From Candidatus Brocadia sp. (GTDB taxonomy: Bacteria > Planctomycetota > Brocadiia > Brocadiales > Brocadiaceae): 32,000 bases of DNA. Shown in pieces: positions 14,815 through 24,770 of the stretch. The stretch lies in contig CP091279.1 of assembly GCA_021650915.1 (NCBI GenBank), forward strand, positions 2,100,001-2,132,000. The letters run 5' to 3'. The notes beneath the pieces were generated by a model that was not told the DNA's origin, did not search any database, and was given only the letters and a program-made list of their open reading frames with translations. The translations under genes and the position numbers were made by a program. Numbering within the stretch: position 1 is the first letter of the stretch; every line of letters starts with the position of its first letter.

Positions 14815-15300
14815 CTAATATTCATCCAGGTGATACCACTCCGCATTTTCAAGCCACGTAGAGGGCTGTGAAATGAAATTGATGATGTTTTCTAAGATAA
14901 CATAGTGCCTCTCCTCTTCGTCTGCAATCGTTAAAAAGGTTTCTCTTTGTGATTGGTTGTCTACTTCAGCAGCCTTTTCAGTATAAAATTGCCGGCTTTT
15001 TTTCTCAATTTCCTGTGCCTTCTTATAGAATTCTTTCTGCGAGACATTCACATCAAGGGTATCTTTCCCCGCCTTCATCTCCATAAAAATATTTTTGACT
15101 TTTGATAATATCTCACTATCGGGCAATTGAGTCTTTTCATTCTTTTTCATCTTCTGTAAAGTATCGTAATGCCTGACTTCGGCATCTGCCAGCATGTCCA
15201 GAATCTTTTTCAGACCGGCATTGCGCGTCTTTTGAATCAGGTTACGATAATACTGCTCACCGTCTTTTTCCATCTGCATGGCAAAGTCATAGATATTCAT
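14815..15300 (-). CDS. Rubrerythrin/ferritin-like diiron protein (no rubredoxin domain)
   Basis: 161 aa, four-helix-bundle-like, with two E..H pairs (ADAEVRHY and ADEEERHY) plus upstream Glu residues. Confidence 0.75.
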   Translation of the reverse strand: MNIYDFAMQMEKDGEQYYRNLIQKTRNAGLKKILDMLADAEVRHYDTLQKMKKNEKTQLPDSEILSKVKNIFMEMKAGKDTLDVNVSQKEFYKKAQEIEKKSRQFYTEKAAEVDNQSQRETFLTIADEEERHYVILENIINFISQPSTWLENAEWYHLDEY

Positions 15301-15393
15301 CGTGCGCCCTCCTGTTTTTCTTTCGGTGGATACATCCCGTGGAGATGTGTGCTGTTAAAAAAGATGTCTCTCTTTTTGTGAAATAGGCTATTT

Positions 15394-16413
15394 TCAGACG
15401 AGTTCCTCCATTTCAGACCTGGGGGCGCGCATCATGAGATTACTCACGGCCTCTAAGGGGTTTTTGTTCAGGAAGAGCACCGCGTAGATTTCTTTTGTAA
15501 TGGGCATTTCCACGGAAAATTTTCGGGAAAGCGCCATAACGGATTTTGTGGTCCATACCCCTTCAGCAATCTGTTCCATCGTCTCCAGAATTTCCTGCAG
15601 TTTTTTCCCTTTTCCAATCTGCTCACCCACCCGGCGATTCCTCCCGTAAGGACTGATGCATGTCGTTATCAGATCGCCCAAACCCGTAAGTCCTGAAAAC
15701 GTGCTTTTCTCCGCCCCCATGGCAATGCCAAGGCGGCTAATCTCTGCCAACCCCCGTGAAATCAGGGCGGCCTTTGAATTATCACCAAATTTCAGGCCGT
15801 CACATATGCCTGCGGCGATAGCAATCACGTTTTTCATGGCTGCACCCAGCTCAACACCGGTGACATCAGGGTTGGTATAGACCCGAAACCGATCGGTGGT
15901 AAAAACCCCTTGAACGATCCGCGCCAGGGTGTCATCTTTTGATGACACAACAACGGTAGTGGGCACGCCATGCGCAACCTCCTCGGCATGGCTTGGTCCG
16001 AGGAGCAAAGAAACGGGTCGTTTGCCCAGCACGTTGGTGATGATCTCGCTGGGCGTCATGAGCGTGTCATTTTCAATCCCCTTGGTGACGCTGACCATCG
16101 GTATCTCAGGGGAAAAGACGTCGAGAAATTTGGTAAGCACGGAGCGCAGGTAAGGGGTAGGTGTTGCAGACACCACAAGATGATTGTCTTTTAGCTCAGG
16201 TGAAATATCGGAGGTCAGGGATATCCCGGAAGGGATAGTAATGCCTTTTAAAAATTTGACATTTTCTCTTTTTTCCTTCAAACAATCCACGTATGACGCA
16301 TTGGCGCCCCATAGCGTAACCCCATAACCTTTTTTATGCAGAAGGATGGCAAGCGTCGTGCCCCATCCGCCATTGCCCAGAACCGCTATTTTTTTAATAA
16401 AGTATTTCAAATC
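15394..16413 (-). CDS. gpsA: NAD(P)H-dependent glycerol-3-phosphate dehydrogenase
   Basis: KIAVLGNGGWGTTLA Rossmann motif and GpsA-like sequence throughout. The start is placed at the internal ATG (MDLKYFIKK..) rather than the ORF-track start at 16476. Confidence 0.9.
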   Translation of the reverse strand, partial: DLKYFIKKIAVLGNGGWGTTLAILLHKKGYGVTLWGANASYVDCLKEKRENVKFLKGITIPSGISLTSDISPELKDNHLVVSATPTPYLRSVLTKFLDVFSPEIPMVSVTKGIENDTLMTPSEIITNVLGKRPVSLLLGPSHAEEVAHGVPTTVVVSSKDDTLARIVQGVFTTDRFRVYTNPDVTGVELGAAMKNVIAIAAGICDGLKFGDNSKAALISRGLAEISRLGIAMGAEKSTFSGLTGLGDLITTCISPYGRNRRVGEQIGKGKKLQEILETMEQIAEGVWTTKSVMALSRKFSVEMPITKEIYAVLFLNKNPLEAVSNLMMRAPRSEMEELV

Positions 16414-16500
16414 CATCCGTATCCGGGGAGAGAAAAAACAGGGCTGGATTGCTCCAGCCCTTGAACTGACCTGCAAAAACCAGGAAGAAACGGATCCGTG

Positions 16501-17766
16501 TTATTTTGCCTTCTGACACGCCTCGATCTCATATAAGGGATGCGCGGCACAGAGTTCCCTGACCGCTTTGCGAACGGCCTCCTTGGTCTGACTATCGTTT
16601 GGCTGCGAAAGGGCTTTGTCAATACAATCCGCTATGCGAATAACCGCCGCTTCTTTCATGCCCCGTGAAGTAACCGTAGGCGTTCCGATGCGGATGCCAT
16701 TTGGTTCGTTTGCGCTTGCGCCTTTTTCGTCAAAGGGGATGGTATTCCTGTTCAGGATAATGTCTGTGGTTTCCAGCAACATCTGAGCCTCTTTTCCCGT
16801 AATATTCTTATTGCGCAAATCAATGAGGAAGAGATGATTGTCCGTTCCGCCGGATACAATGGAATATCCCCGTTTCACGAATTCCTGCGCCATGGCCTTT
16901 GCATTCTGTACCGTTTGCCGCTGGCATTGCTTGAATTCTTCCGTCATTGCTTCTTTAAAGGCGACTGCCTTGGCTGCGATGATATGCATAAATGGGCCGC
17001 CCTGAATTCCCGGGAAGACCATGGAGTCTATCTGTTTTGCATACTTTTGTTTGCATAGGATCATGCCTCCTCTTGGCCCCCGAAGTGTTTTGTGGGTTGT
17101 CGTGGTGACAAAATCCGCATAGGGGACAGGGCTGGGGTGTACACCACCGGCGACAAGGCCGGCGATATGAGCAATATCGGCCATGAGGTATGCTCCGACC
17201 TCATCGGCAATTTTTCTGAACCGGGGAAAGTCGAGTATCCGCGGGTAAGCGCTTGCGCCGGCAATAATCATATGAGGTTTCGTTTTCAGGGCAATGGCAT
17301 GCACTTCATCATAATCAATATACCCCGTTTCTTTTTTTACACCATAATGGGTAATGTCATACATCATTCCCGAAAAATTCTTTTTAAACCCGTGCGTAAG
17401 GTGTCCACCATGCGACAAATCCATGCCTAAAATACGGTCTCCAGGCTTTAGCACTGAAAAGCAAACGGCCATGTTTGCCTGCGAACCTGCGTTTGGTTGT
17501 ACATTTGCATGTTCAGCCCCGAAGATCTTTTTCGCGCGCTCAACTGCCAGATTTTCCACGGTATCGACGTATCCACAGCCAGCATACCATCGCCTTCCTG
17601 CATACCCCTCTGCATACTTATTGGTCATGGAAGACCCCTGAGCTTCCTGCACTGCGGGACTGCAGATGTTTTCCGACGCGATCAGGTCTATGGTATTTTG
17701 CTGTCTTTCCGTTTCTTTTTGTATGGCTTGCCAAACTTCCGGGTCATCGTTTTCTAATCTAATCAT
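16501..17766 (-). CDS. glyA: Serine hydroxymethyltransferase
   Basis: 421 aa with typical SHMT motifs (..[21 protein letters not shown].. and ..[15 protein letters not shown]..). Confidence 0.97.
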   Translation of the reverse strand: MIRLENDDPEVWQAIQKETERQQNTIDLIASENICSPAVQEAQGSSMTNKYAEGYAGRRWYAGCGYVDTVENLAVERAKKIFGAEHANVQPNAGSQANMAVCFSVLKPGDRILGMDLSHGGHLTHGFKKNFSGMMYDITHYGVKKETGYIDYDEVHAIALKTKPHMIIAGASAYPRILDFPRFRKIADEVGAYLMADIAHIAGLVAGGVHPSPVPYADFVTTTTHKTLRGPRGGMILCKQKYAKQIDSMVFPGIQGGPFMHIIAAKAVAFKEAMTEEFKQCQRQTVQNAKAMAQEFVKRGYSIVSGGTDNHLFLIDLRNKNITGKEAQMLLETTDIILNRNTIPFDEKGASANEPNGIRIGTPTVTSRGMKEAAVIRIADCIDKALSQPNDSQTKEAVRKAVRELCAAHPLYEIEACQKAK

Positions 17767-17876
17767 AATTTTGCCTTATCCTTTAAAAGTGATTTTCTAT
17801 CATACCGATTCGTTGCTGGTATTGAGCAGGGAATAAATTCCGCGTTATAAACACTCTCCTGAAATCGTCAGAAGCA

Positions 17877-18981
17877 TTAGCGAGCTTTTGCCATTCTCCA
17901 TTTCAGATAGGCTTCCATAAACTCGTCAATTTCACCATCCAGTACGGCCTGGGTATTGCCTGTTTCCTTGTCGGTGCGCAAATCTTTCACGAGAGAATAA
18001 GGTTGTAACACATAGGAGCGAATTTGATGCCCCCAGGCGATTTCTCCCTTTTCATCATACGCCGCGGCGAGTTCCTTCTCTCTCTCCTTTTCCTTTATCT
18101 GATACATCTTTGCCTTTAACATGCTTAAGGCTACCCGCCGATTCTGGTGCTGTGAACGCTCACTCTGACATTGAACAACAATCCCCGTGGGGATATGCGT
18201 AATCCGGACGGCTGATGAGGTTTTGTTTACGTGTTGACCGCCGGCCCCGGACGCACGGTAGGTATCAACCCGCAACTCATTTTCATTGATTTCAATCTCT
18301 TCCTCTTCCTCAATCTCCGGGAGCACATCCACCGCTGCAAACGACGTATGCCTTCTTGCATTCGCATCAAAAGGAGAGATTCGCACCAAACGGTGCACCC
18401 CGATTTCAGATTTCAAATACCCATACACATAGTCGCCCTTTACGAGGACAGTGATTCTTTTGATTCCGGCCTCTTCGCCGGGTAATACGTCAATGAGGGA
18501 TTGTGTATACCCGCTCTTTTCAACCCAGCGGCCATACATGCGGAATAGCATAGAAACCCAATCACAGGACTCTGTCCCACCGGCTCCTGCATAAATGCTT
18601 AAGTAAGCGCTGCAATGGTCATGGGATTCACCCAGCAGGGTTCGCAACTCAAATTTTTCAAGTTTCTGTCTAAAAGACGTTATATCTTTGACAACTTCAG
18701 CCTCTGTCTCTTCATCCTGCTCTTCTTCAGCAAGCAGGGATAAACACTCGATATCATCAAGCGTCTTTTGTAATTCCTGAAGGGGTAAGATAATTCCTTT
18801 AAGCGACTTTAATTTTCTGATAATGTGCTGCGCCTTTTCCTTATTTTCCCAAAAGGTCGGCGAAGAGAATTGTTCCTCCAGAGTTGATCGTTCCCTTTCC
18901 TTGTTTTCCAGGTCAAAGAGAGTCCCTCAGGTGGAGTAACCGTTCTCGAAGGGGGGTTAATTCTTTTTCTCTACCAATCAT
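17877..18981 (-). CDS. prfB: Peptide chain release factor 2, with programmed +1 frameshift
   Basis: ORF0 is MIGREKELTPLRERLLHLRDSL-TGA (18981-18913). The +1 frame continues DLENKERERSTLEE.. into ORF 17877-18647, which contains SPF and GGQ (SGAGGQHVN). Confidence 0.95.
18912..18918 (-). promoter_or_regulatory. RF2 autoregulatory +1 frameshift site CUU UGA C
   Basis: The minus strand reads ..CTG AGG GAC TCT CTT TGA CCT.., the classical CUU-UGA-C heptamer with an upstream AGGG SD-like element. Confidence 0.9.
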
Positions 18982-19336
18982 AATGCCTTACCGTAAGTTT
19001 ATGCCTACCGAAAATCTTTTAATGTCTTTCTTCTGTTGCTCCGTGTGCTCTTATTTATCAAAAGCAGTGTGGTGTGCAACATTATTGGATAAAACGAAAG
19101 ATCACGGACAAGAGCAAAATTATAAATTATAAAATATGTCTGTGTCAACATAGAATTTAGAATTGACTTGAATGGAAAATATTCTTATTATGTACTTTTA
19201 TAAATTGCAGGGATATTGGCCCTTCGTCCTTTTCTTAAAAGTACTCTTTGGCGCCTGAATCTCAATCGTTCTGATTCCTTGATACGTCAGCGAGTGATAA
19301 AAGATGTGCGTCAGGAAAATAAACTCATAGACAGCG

Positions 19337-19930
19337 GTGCGGGTGATTGCAGGCAGTGCCAGGGGTGTTCATCTTGGTTCCGTTAAAGGAAGCGCAACAA
19401 GGCCTATACCGGACAGGGTAAAAGAATCGTTGTTTAATATCCTTGCCGGAGTCATTCCGGACAGCCGGATTATTGATATGTATGCAGGTACCGGTGCGAT
19501 TGGAATAGAAGCATTAAGCCGGGGGGCAAAATCCTGCATTTTTGTAGAGAATGACAGGTCGGCTCTTCAGGTTATAAAAAAAAACCTTGAGCTGACGAGA
19601 CTTCAATCGAATGCATCGGTTTTACCTTACGATGTATTTGAAATTACGCCACATCTTGAGAAGCAGCACGCCGTCGTTGATGTAATATTTGCCAGTCCTC
19701 CCTATCCACTCCTTGGAAAAACTTCATACAGAGACGATCTCCTGGCTGTATTCTCTTCTTTCTGCCAGAAACAGATACTTATATCGGATGGTTTGATTAT
19801 GCTGCAGCACAGGAAAACGTCTCGCGGGATGGCGCCAAAAGCGTCTACGCCGGAGTTGTTCGATACCAGGACGTATGGTGACACACAAATCTCTTTTTTT
19901 AAAAATATCATGCAGCAGGAGCAATGCTAA
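19337..19930 (+). CDS. rsmD: 16S rRNA (guanine966-N2)-methyltransferase
   Basis: GTG start; RVIAGSARG..L....G..TRP..DRVKESLFNIL..., SAM motif DMYAGTGAIGIEALSRGA, ..ASPPY. Confidence 0.85.
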   Translation: MRVIAGSARGVHLGSVKGSATRPIPDRVKESLFNILAGVIPDSRIIDMYAGTGAIGIEALSRGAKSCIFVENDRSALQVIKKNLELTRLQSNASVLPYDVFEITPHLEKQHAVVDVIFASPPYPLLGKTSYRDDLLAVFSSFCQKQILISDGLIMLQHRKTSRGMAPKASTPELFDTRTYGDTQISFFKNIMQQEQC

Positions 19931-20820
19931 TGCAATACTGGGAAGAACGAGGAAAAATAAAAATTGCAGCGCCTGCAAAGATTAATCTTTTTCTTGAAAT
20001 ACTGGGTAAGCGGCCGGACGGTTACCATGAGATTGAAACGGTTATGCAGGGGATTAGTCTCTACGATTACATCCATATGGAAAATCGTGGCAAAGACGTT
20101 GAATTTACCTGCTCGAGTCCCAAGCTTACCGCCGGCGAAGACAACCTTGTTGTAAAAGCGGTCCGTCTCTTCCAGAAAGAATCCGGGATTTCCCAGGGAG
20201 TGAAGATCCACCTGGACAAGAGAATTCCCGTTGGTGCAGGGCTTGGCGGTGGAAGCAGTGATGCCGTTGCAACCTTATTTGGATTAAATAAGCTGTGGCA
20301 GGTTGGATACGATGATGCAAAATTATCGTCCCTGGCTGAAATCTTAGGTTCTGATACCCCCTTTTTTGTCTTCGGAAATACCGCAGTATGCAGGGGAAGG
20401 GGTGAGGTGGTGACTCCCTGGAAGCTGAAGACGCCTTACACGTATATTGTTGTTTATCCGGGGTTCGAAGTGAGCACTGCAACCGTGTATAAAAATTTTA
20501 GAATTGTCTTGACAAAAAATTTGAAAGATGTTACGGTTTTCCTGCAATCGCTAGGTTCAGGAAACCCGGAAAAATTGGGGGCTTATTTACACAATCGGTT
20601 GGAAGAGGTTGTCTTTCGGCTTTATCCGGAGCTTGAGAAAATAAAAAAAACATTGGCAAAGTTTGATTTTTGTGGCATACTTTTGTCAGGAAGTGGTTCT
20701 GCTTTATATGGTTTATGCAGGGAGGAAAGAGATTCAAAAAAAATTGAACAACAGATAAAGATGCTTGGAATTGGCGACGTGTTTGTGGTAACCAGCGATT
20801 TCAATGACAATGCTAAGTGA
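19924..20820 (+). CDS. ispE: 4-(cytidine 5'-diphospho)-2-C-methyl-D-erythritol kinase
   Basis: APAKINLFLEILGKRPDGYHEIETV.., GHMP kinase motif PVGAGLGGGSSDA. Confidence 0.9.
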   Translation: MLMQYWEERGKIKIAAPAKINLFLEILGKRPDGYHEIETVMQGISLYDYIHMENRGKDVEFTCSSPKLTAGEDNLVVKAVRLFQKESGISQGVKIHLDKRIPVGAGLGGGSSDAVATLFGLNKLWQVGYDDAKLSSLAEILGSDTPFFVFGNTAVCRGRGEVVTPWKLKTPYTYIVVYPGFEVSTATVYKNFRIVLTKNLKDVTVFLQSLGSGNPEKLGAYLHNRLEEVVFRLYPELEKIKKTLAKFDFCGILLSGSGSALYGLCREERDSKKIEQQIKMLGIGDVFVVTSDFNDNAK

Positions 20821-20838
20821 AGAGGAAGGGGGAGAGCA

Positions 20839-21306
20839 GTGAATATTACTGAAGTCAGGGTGAAGTTAACGGAAGGCAAAAAAAACAGACTGCAGGCATT
20901 TTGTAGCATTACAATCGATGATGATTTTGTCGTAAGGGATCTTAAGGTTATCGAAGGACACAAAGGGACATTTGTAGCGATGCCCAGCAGAAAGCTTACT
21001 GACCGGTGCCCCAATTGTGGCGGTAAAAATCATTTAATGGCACAGTACTGTAATGATTGTGGCACTAAATTGAATGAAAAGCGCGCTTCCCGAGGCGCGG
21101 GCAGATTGAAATTACACGCAGATACCGCTCATCCAATAAATTCAAACTGCAGAGAGCTGATTCAGGAAAAGGTGCTCACCGCTTTTCGAGAAGAGGTGGA
21201 TAAGTCGAAACAACCAGGATATAAGCCTCCAAAATATGAAGATATCGAAGACGTTGATTATGACGATCTCATTGATGACCTGGAATCGGAAAAAAACGAT
21301 ACCTAA
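20839..21306 (+). CDS. spoVG: SpoVG-family protein with an inserted CxxC..CxxC zinc-ribbon and an acidic tail
   Basis: GTG start with GGAAGGGGGAG upstream. The SpoVG core is ITEVRVKL....LQAFCSITIDDDFVVRDLKVIEG..G.FVAMPSRK...AHPIN. Confidence 0.85.
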   Translation: MNITEVRVKLTEGKKNRLQAFCSITIDDDFVVRDLKVIEGHKGTFVAMPSRKLTDRCPNCGGKNHLMAQYCNDCGTKLNEKRASRGAGRLKLHADTAHPINSNCRELIQEKVLTAFREEVDKSKQPGYKPPKYEDIEDVDYDDLIDDLESEKNDT

Positions 21307-21508
21307 AGGAAATGCTTCCTGGTAAATTTGGTTCCCGCGGTTTTTACATCAGATCTTTGTTGAAATAAGGATTATTGATTGTTTGTAAAAGTTTGCGCTC
21401 CTTCCCCGTCAACATACCTTTTAGAAGGTGCTGTTCACGCAAGTGTGCTGTTTCTCTGTAAGTCCATATTTTCTATTTCATAAAATCGGTTTACCGTAGA
21501 GCAAATCC

Positions 21509-23185
21509 ATGATTAAAACAGGTTCACAAATTTTAGTCGATGCATTAATAAGGGAAGGGGTTGAATACGTCTTTGGAATTCCTGGTGGTGCGGTTTTACC
21601 CTTGTTTGATGTATTATTCGAGTCTCCCATACGGTTTGTTTTAACCAGGCACGAACAGGGAGCAGGCCATGCAGCGGACGGATATGCGCGGGCTACGGGC
21701 AAGGTTGGCGTTTGTCTTGCCACGTCTGGTCCTGGCGCAACGAACCTGGTTACCGCAATTGCGACAGCCTACATGGATTCCATCCCTATGGTAGCGATAA
21801 CCGGTCAAGTCAAAACATTTCTCATCGGAAATGATGCTTTTCAGGAGGCGGATACGGTAGGGATTACCCGTCCTGTAACAAAACACAGCTATCTCGTAAA
21901 GGATATTAAAGACCTTGCAAAAACGGTAAAAGAGGCTTTTTATATAGCAAATACGGGAAGACGGGGTCCCGTGTTGATCGACCTGCCGGTTGATATTACC
22001 ATGGAAAAGTGTGAAGAAGTAATACCCGCCGAAGTGGATTTGCCAGGATATAAACCCCGATATGAGGGCAATATTCGTCAAATCAATGTTGCCGCTGAAG
22101 TCATTAACAGCGCCCGGCAGCCTGTTGTGTATACCGGCGGCGGAATTATTGCCTCTGAGTGCTCGAGAGAATTGCTTGACCTTGCAGAAAGGGGAAATCT
22201 TCCCGTAACGACAACCCTGATGGGCCTTGGTGGATTCCCTGAAGACCATCCTTTATCTTTGGGGATGCTGGGGATGCATGGCACTGCGTATGCAAATTTT
22301 GCCGTAACGGAATCTGATGTATTGCTGGCAATCGGAGCGCGATTTGACGACCGTATTACGGGGAAGATTGATGAGTTTGCCCCCCATGCGAAAATTATCC
22401 ATATCGACATTGATCCGGCATCCATCAGCAAAAGTATTCAGGTCGATATCCCCATTGTGGGTGACGCAAGCAACATCTTACAGGAACTCATCAAACACAT
22501 CCGTTTTGTTGAGAGAAAGGAATGGTTTCAAAAAATTAATTCCTGGAAAGAAAAAAATCCCTTATCCTACAATAATAGCGGAAGTGTTATTAAGCCTCAG
22601 TATGTAATTGAGCAAATTTGTGATATAGCAAAGGGAAACGCAATTATCACGACCGAGGTGGGGCAAAACCAGATGTGGGCAGCACAATTTTTCACCTATA
22701 CAAAACCGCGTACTTTCCTGTCCTCGGGTGGACTGGGCACCATGGGTTACGGTTTTCCTGCGGCAATTGGCGCGCAATTAGGGTGTCCGGATAAAATTGT
22801 CGTGGATATTGCCGGTGATGGTAGTATCCAGATGAACATCCAGGAGCTGAGCACCGCCGTTCGTTTGAATATTCCCGTGAAAATAGCCATATTAAATAAC
22901 GGTTATCTGGGTATGGTACGGCAGTGGCAGGAGCTGTTTTACAGCAAACGGTATTCGAGTGTTCATTTAAACGGCAATCCGGATTTTGTCAAGCTGGCAG
23001 AGGCATATGGCGCGAACGGCTTTTTAGTAGAAAGGAAGGAGGACGTGCGCCCAACGATAGAAAGGGCCTTTTCTGTTCAAGGTCCCGTTATTATGGATTT
23101 CAGGATTGACCCAAACGAAAATGTCTTTCCGATGGTTCCTGCCGGGCAGGCGATTCATAAAATGATGATAGGAACCATGGCGTAA
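21509..23185 (+). CDS. ilvB: Acetolactate synthase (acetohydroxyacid synthase) large subunit
   Basis: 558 aa ThDP enzyme with ..GIPGGAVLPLFD.., TRHEQGAGHAADGYARATGK, SGPGATNL and GLGTMGYGFPAAIGA...DIAGDGS.QMN.QEL. Confidence 0.95.
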   Translation: MIKTGSQILVDALIREGVEYVFGIPGGAVLPLFDVLFESPIRFVLTRHEQGAGHAADGYARATGKVGVCLATSGPGATNLVTAIATAYMDSIPMVAITGQVKTFLIGNDAFQEADTVGITRPVTKHSYLVKDIKDLAKTVKEAFYIANTGRRGPVLIDLPVDITMEKCEEVIPAEVDLPGYKPRYEGNIRQINVAAEVINSARQPVVYTGGGIIASECSRELLDLAERGNLPVTTTLMGLGGFPEDHPLSLGMLGMHGTAYANFAVTESDVLLAIGARFDDRITGKIDEFAPHAKIIHIDIDPASISKSIQVDIPIVGDASNILQELIKHIRFVERKEWFQKINSWKEKNPLSYNNSGSVIKPQYVIEQICDIAKGNAIITTEVGQNQMWAAQFFTYTKPRTFLSSGGLGTMGYGFPAAIGAQLGCPDKIVVDIAGDGSIQMNIQELSTAVRLNIPVKIAILNNGYLGMVRQWQELFYSKRYSSVHLNGNPDFVKLAEAYGANGFLVERKEDVRPTIERAFSVQGPVIMDFRIDPNENVFPMVPAGQAIHKMMIGTMA

Positions 23186-23358
23186 CGGAACGAATTTCCT
23201 GTTTTTCGTGTTAAAAATATTAAATGTGCTCGTTCAAGAAAAGGCACATCCATGAAATCACTGGTGAAGTAACTCAAGGAGCAAGGAGCAAGGAGCATAG
23301 AAATTTACAATGCAACCGAATAGTCAATGCTCAATGGTAAGGCAGTAAGGAGTGAGCG

Positions 23359-23911
23359 ATGACCGTTATAACGGGCAAGAAAAGAATGACGTATGCGGAT
23401 TATTTAAAGCTTGATGATAATAATCGCTACGAAATTTTAAACGGAGAATTACGTATGGTTCCCGCGTCATCAACAGACCATCAGGGCGTATCAAGGAATT
23501 TAGAGTTTTTCCTCTGGAATTTTATGAAAGAAAAAGGGCTTGGAAAGGTTTTTGATGCCCCCCATTGACGTTGTTTTCGATGAAGATGAAGTATTCCAGC
23601 CCGATATCGTTTTTATTAAAAGTGAAAATCAAGACATAATACACAAGACTGCAATCCACGGTATACCCGACCTTATCATTGGGATAGTATCTCCAGCGTC
23701 CACTTATTATGACACGGTAGAAAAGAAAGAAATTTATAGAAAATATGGTGTAAAGGAATGCTGGCTCATATTCCCCGATGAAAGAGTTATCGGGATTTTA
23801 ACCTTAGAAAGTGATGAATACCTGGAGTTTTGCAAATCCAAAAAGGAAGGTCTCGTAAAATCTAAAATCGTTGAAGGATTGGAAATAAATTCCCAGGATG
23901 TATTTGATTAA
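23359..23911 (+). pseudogene. Uma2-family (DUF820) putative endonuclease, frameshifted
   Basis: ORFs 23359-23568 and 23540-23911 join as ..GKVFDAP/IDVVFDEDEVFQPDIVFI.. if one C is removed from the C6 run at 23558-23563. YEILNGEL...PAS..H and PDL..EI.SP.. are typical motifs. Confidence 0.8.
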
Positions 23912-23945
23912 AATTTTTTAACGAATAAATTTTTGGAAAAATCAC

Positions 23946-24770
23946 ATGGAAGTACTTTTAGGCGCTGCTATTACGCTCGTCATTTTGGGTGCAGTTTTTG
24001 GGATGGGCCTTGCCATTGCCTCGGATAAATTTGCCGTTAAAGTCGATTCCCGGATTGAAAGTATTAATGAAGTACTTCCGGGGGTAAATTGTGGTGCATG
24101 TGGTCAACCCGGTTGCAGCGGTTTTGCCCAGGCCGTTGTTGAAGGCAAGGCGCCGGTAACTGGTTGTACGGTGGGACAGGCTGCCGTTGCTGAGCTGGTG
24201 GCAAATATTATGGGCGTCACGTTTGAAAAAAAGGAGCGGACGGTTGCCGTCGTAATGTGCCATGCGAAGGGTGTTAAAAATAAATTCGTCTACCAGGGAG
24301 TCAGAGACTGCCGTGCGGCGCACGTTGTTGGCGGTGGTTTTCTTGGATGTGATTATGGATGTCTGGGCTTAGGCACCTGTGTGGAGGCATGTAAATTTGA
24401 AGCTATGTACATGGGAGAAGAGGGCCTCCCTAAGGTAATTGAAGAACGATGCACGGCATGCGGAAAATGCGCAGCAGTATGTCCCAGAAAACTTATCAGC
24501 ATTGTGCCAGTATCAAAGATGGTGCACGTGCGTTGCAAATCCCTTGATAAAGGCGCTGTCGCGAAAAAGATTTGCCAGGACTCTTGTATCGCCTGCAAAC
24601 GGTGCGAGAAGATATGCCCATACGATGCCATCCATGTACAAAACAATCTTGCCGTAATTGATTACCATAAGTGCACTTCCTGTGGCAAATGTGTTGAGGT
24701 TTGTCCAAATCATACCATTATTAATCTTGCCAGAAAACGCAGTCTCGCAAAACGCACCCTAACCGTCTAA
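23946..24770 (+). CDS. RnfB-type membrane-anchored polyferredoxin (multiple 4Fe-4S domains)
   Basis: N-terminal TM helix, CGACGQPGCSGFA motif, then several CxxCxxCxxxCP ferredoxin motifs. No other rnf genes are adjacent. Confidence 0.75.
   Translation: MEVLLGAAITLVILGAVFGMGLAIASDKFAVKVDSRIESINEVLPGVNCGACGQPGCSGFAQAVVEGKAPVTGCTVGQAAVAELVANIMGVTFEKKERTVAVVMCHAKGVKNKFVYQGVRDCRAAHVVGGGFLGCDYGCLGLGTCVEACKFEAMYMGEEGLPKVIEERCTACGKCAAVCPRKLISIVPVSKMVHVRCKSLDKGAVAKKICQDSCIACKRCEKICPYDAIHVQNNLAVIDYHKCTSCGKCVEVCPNHTIINLARKRSLAKRTLTV

Noticed and set aside
21307-21508. ilv-type leader peptide or transcription attenuator upstream of ilvB
   Set aside because: No short ORF rich in Ile/Leu/Val codons was seen and no terminator/antiterminator pair. 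There is only a small hairpin (AGGAAatgcTTCCT) just after the spoVG stop.
21641-22249. 202-aa minus-strand ORF, plus other antisense ORFs at 22078-22431 and 21478-21723
   Set aside because: They lie entirely antisense to the well-supported ilvB gene, have no recognisable motifs, and their composition is typical of shadow ORFs.
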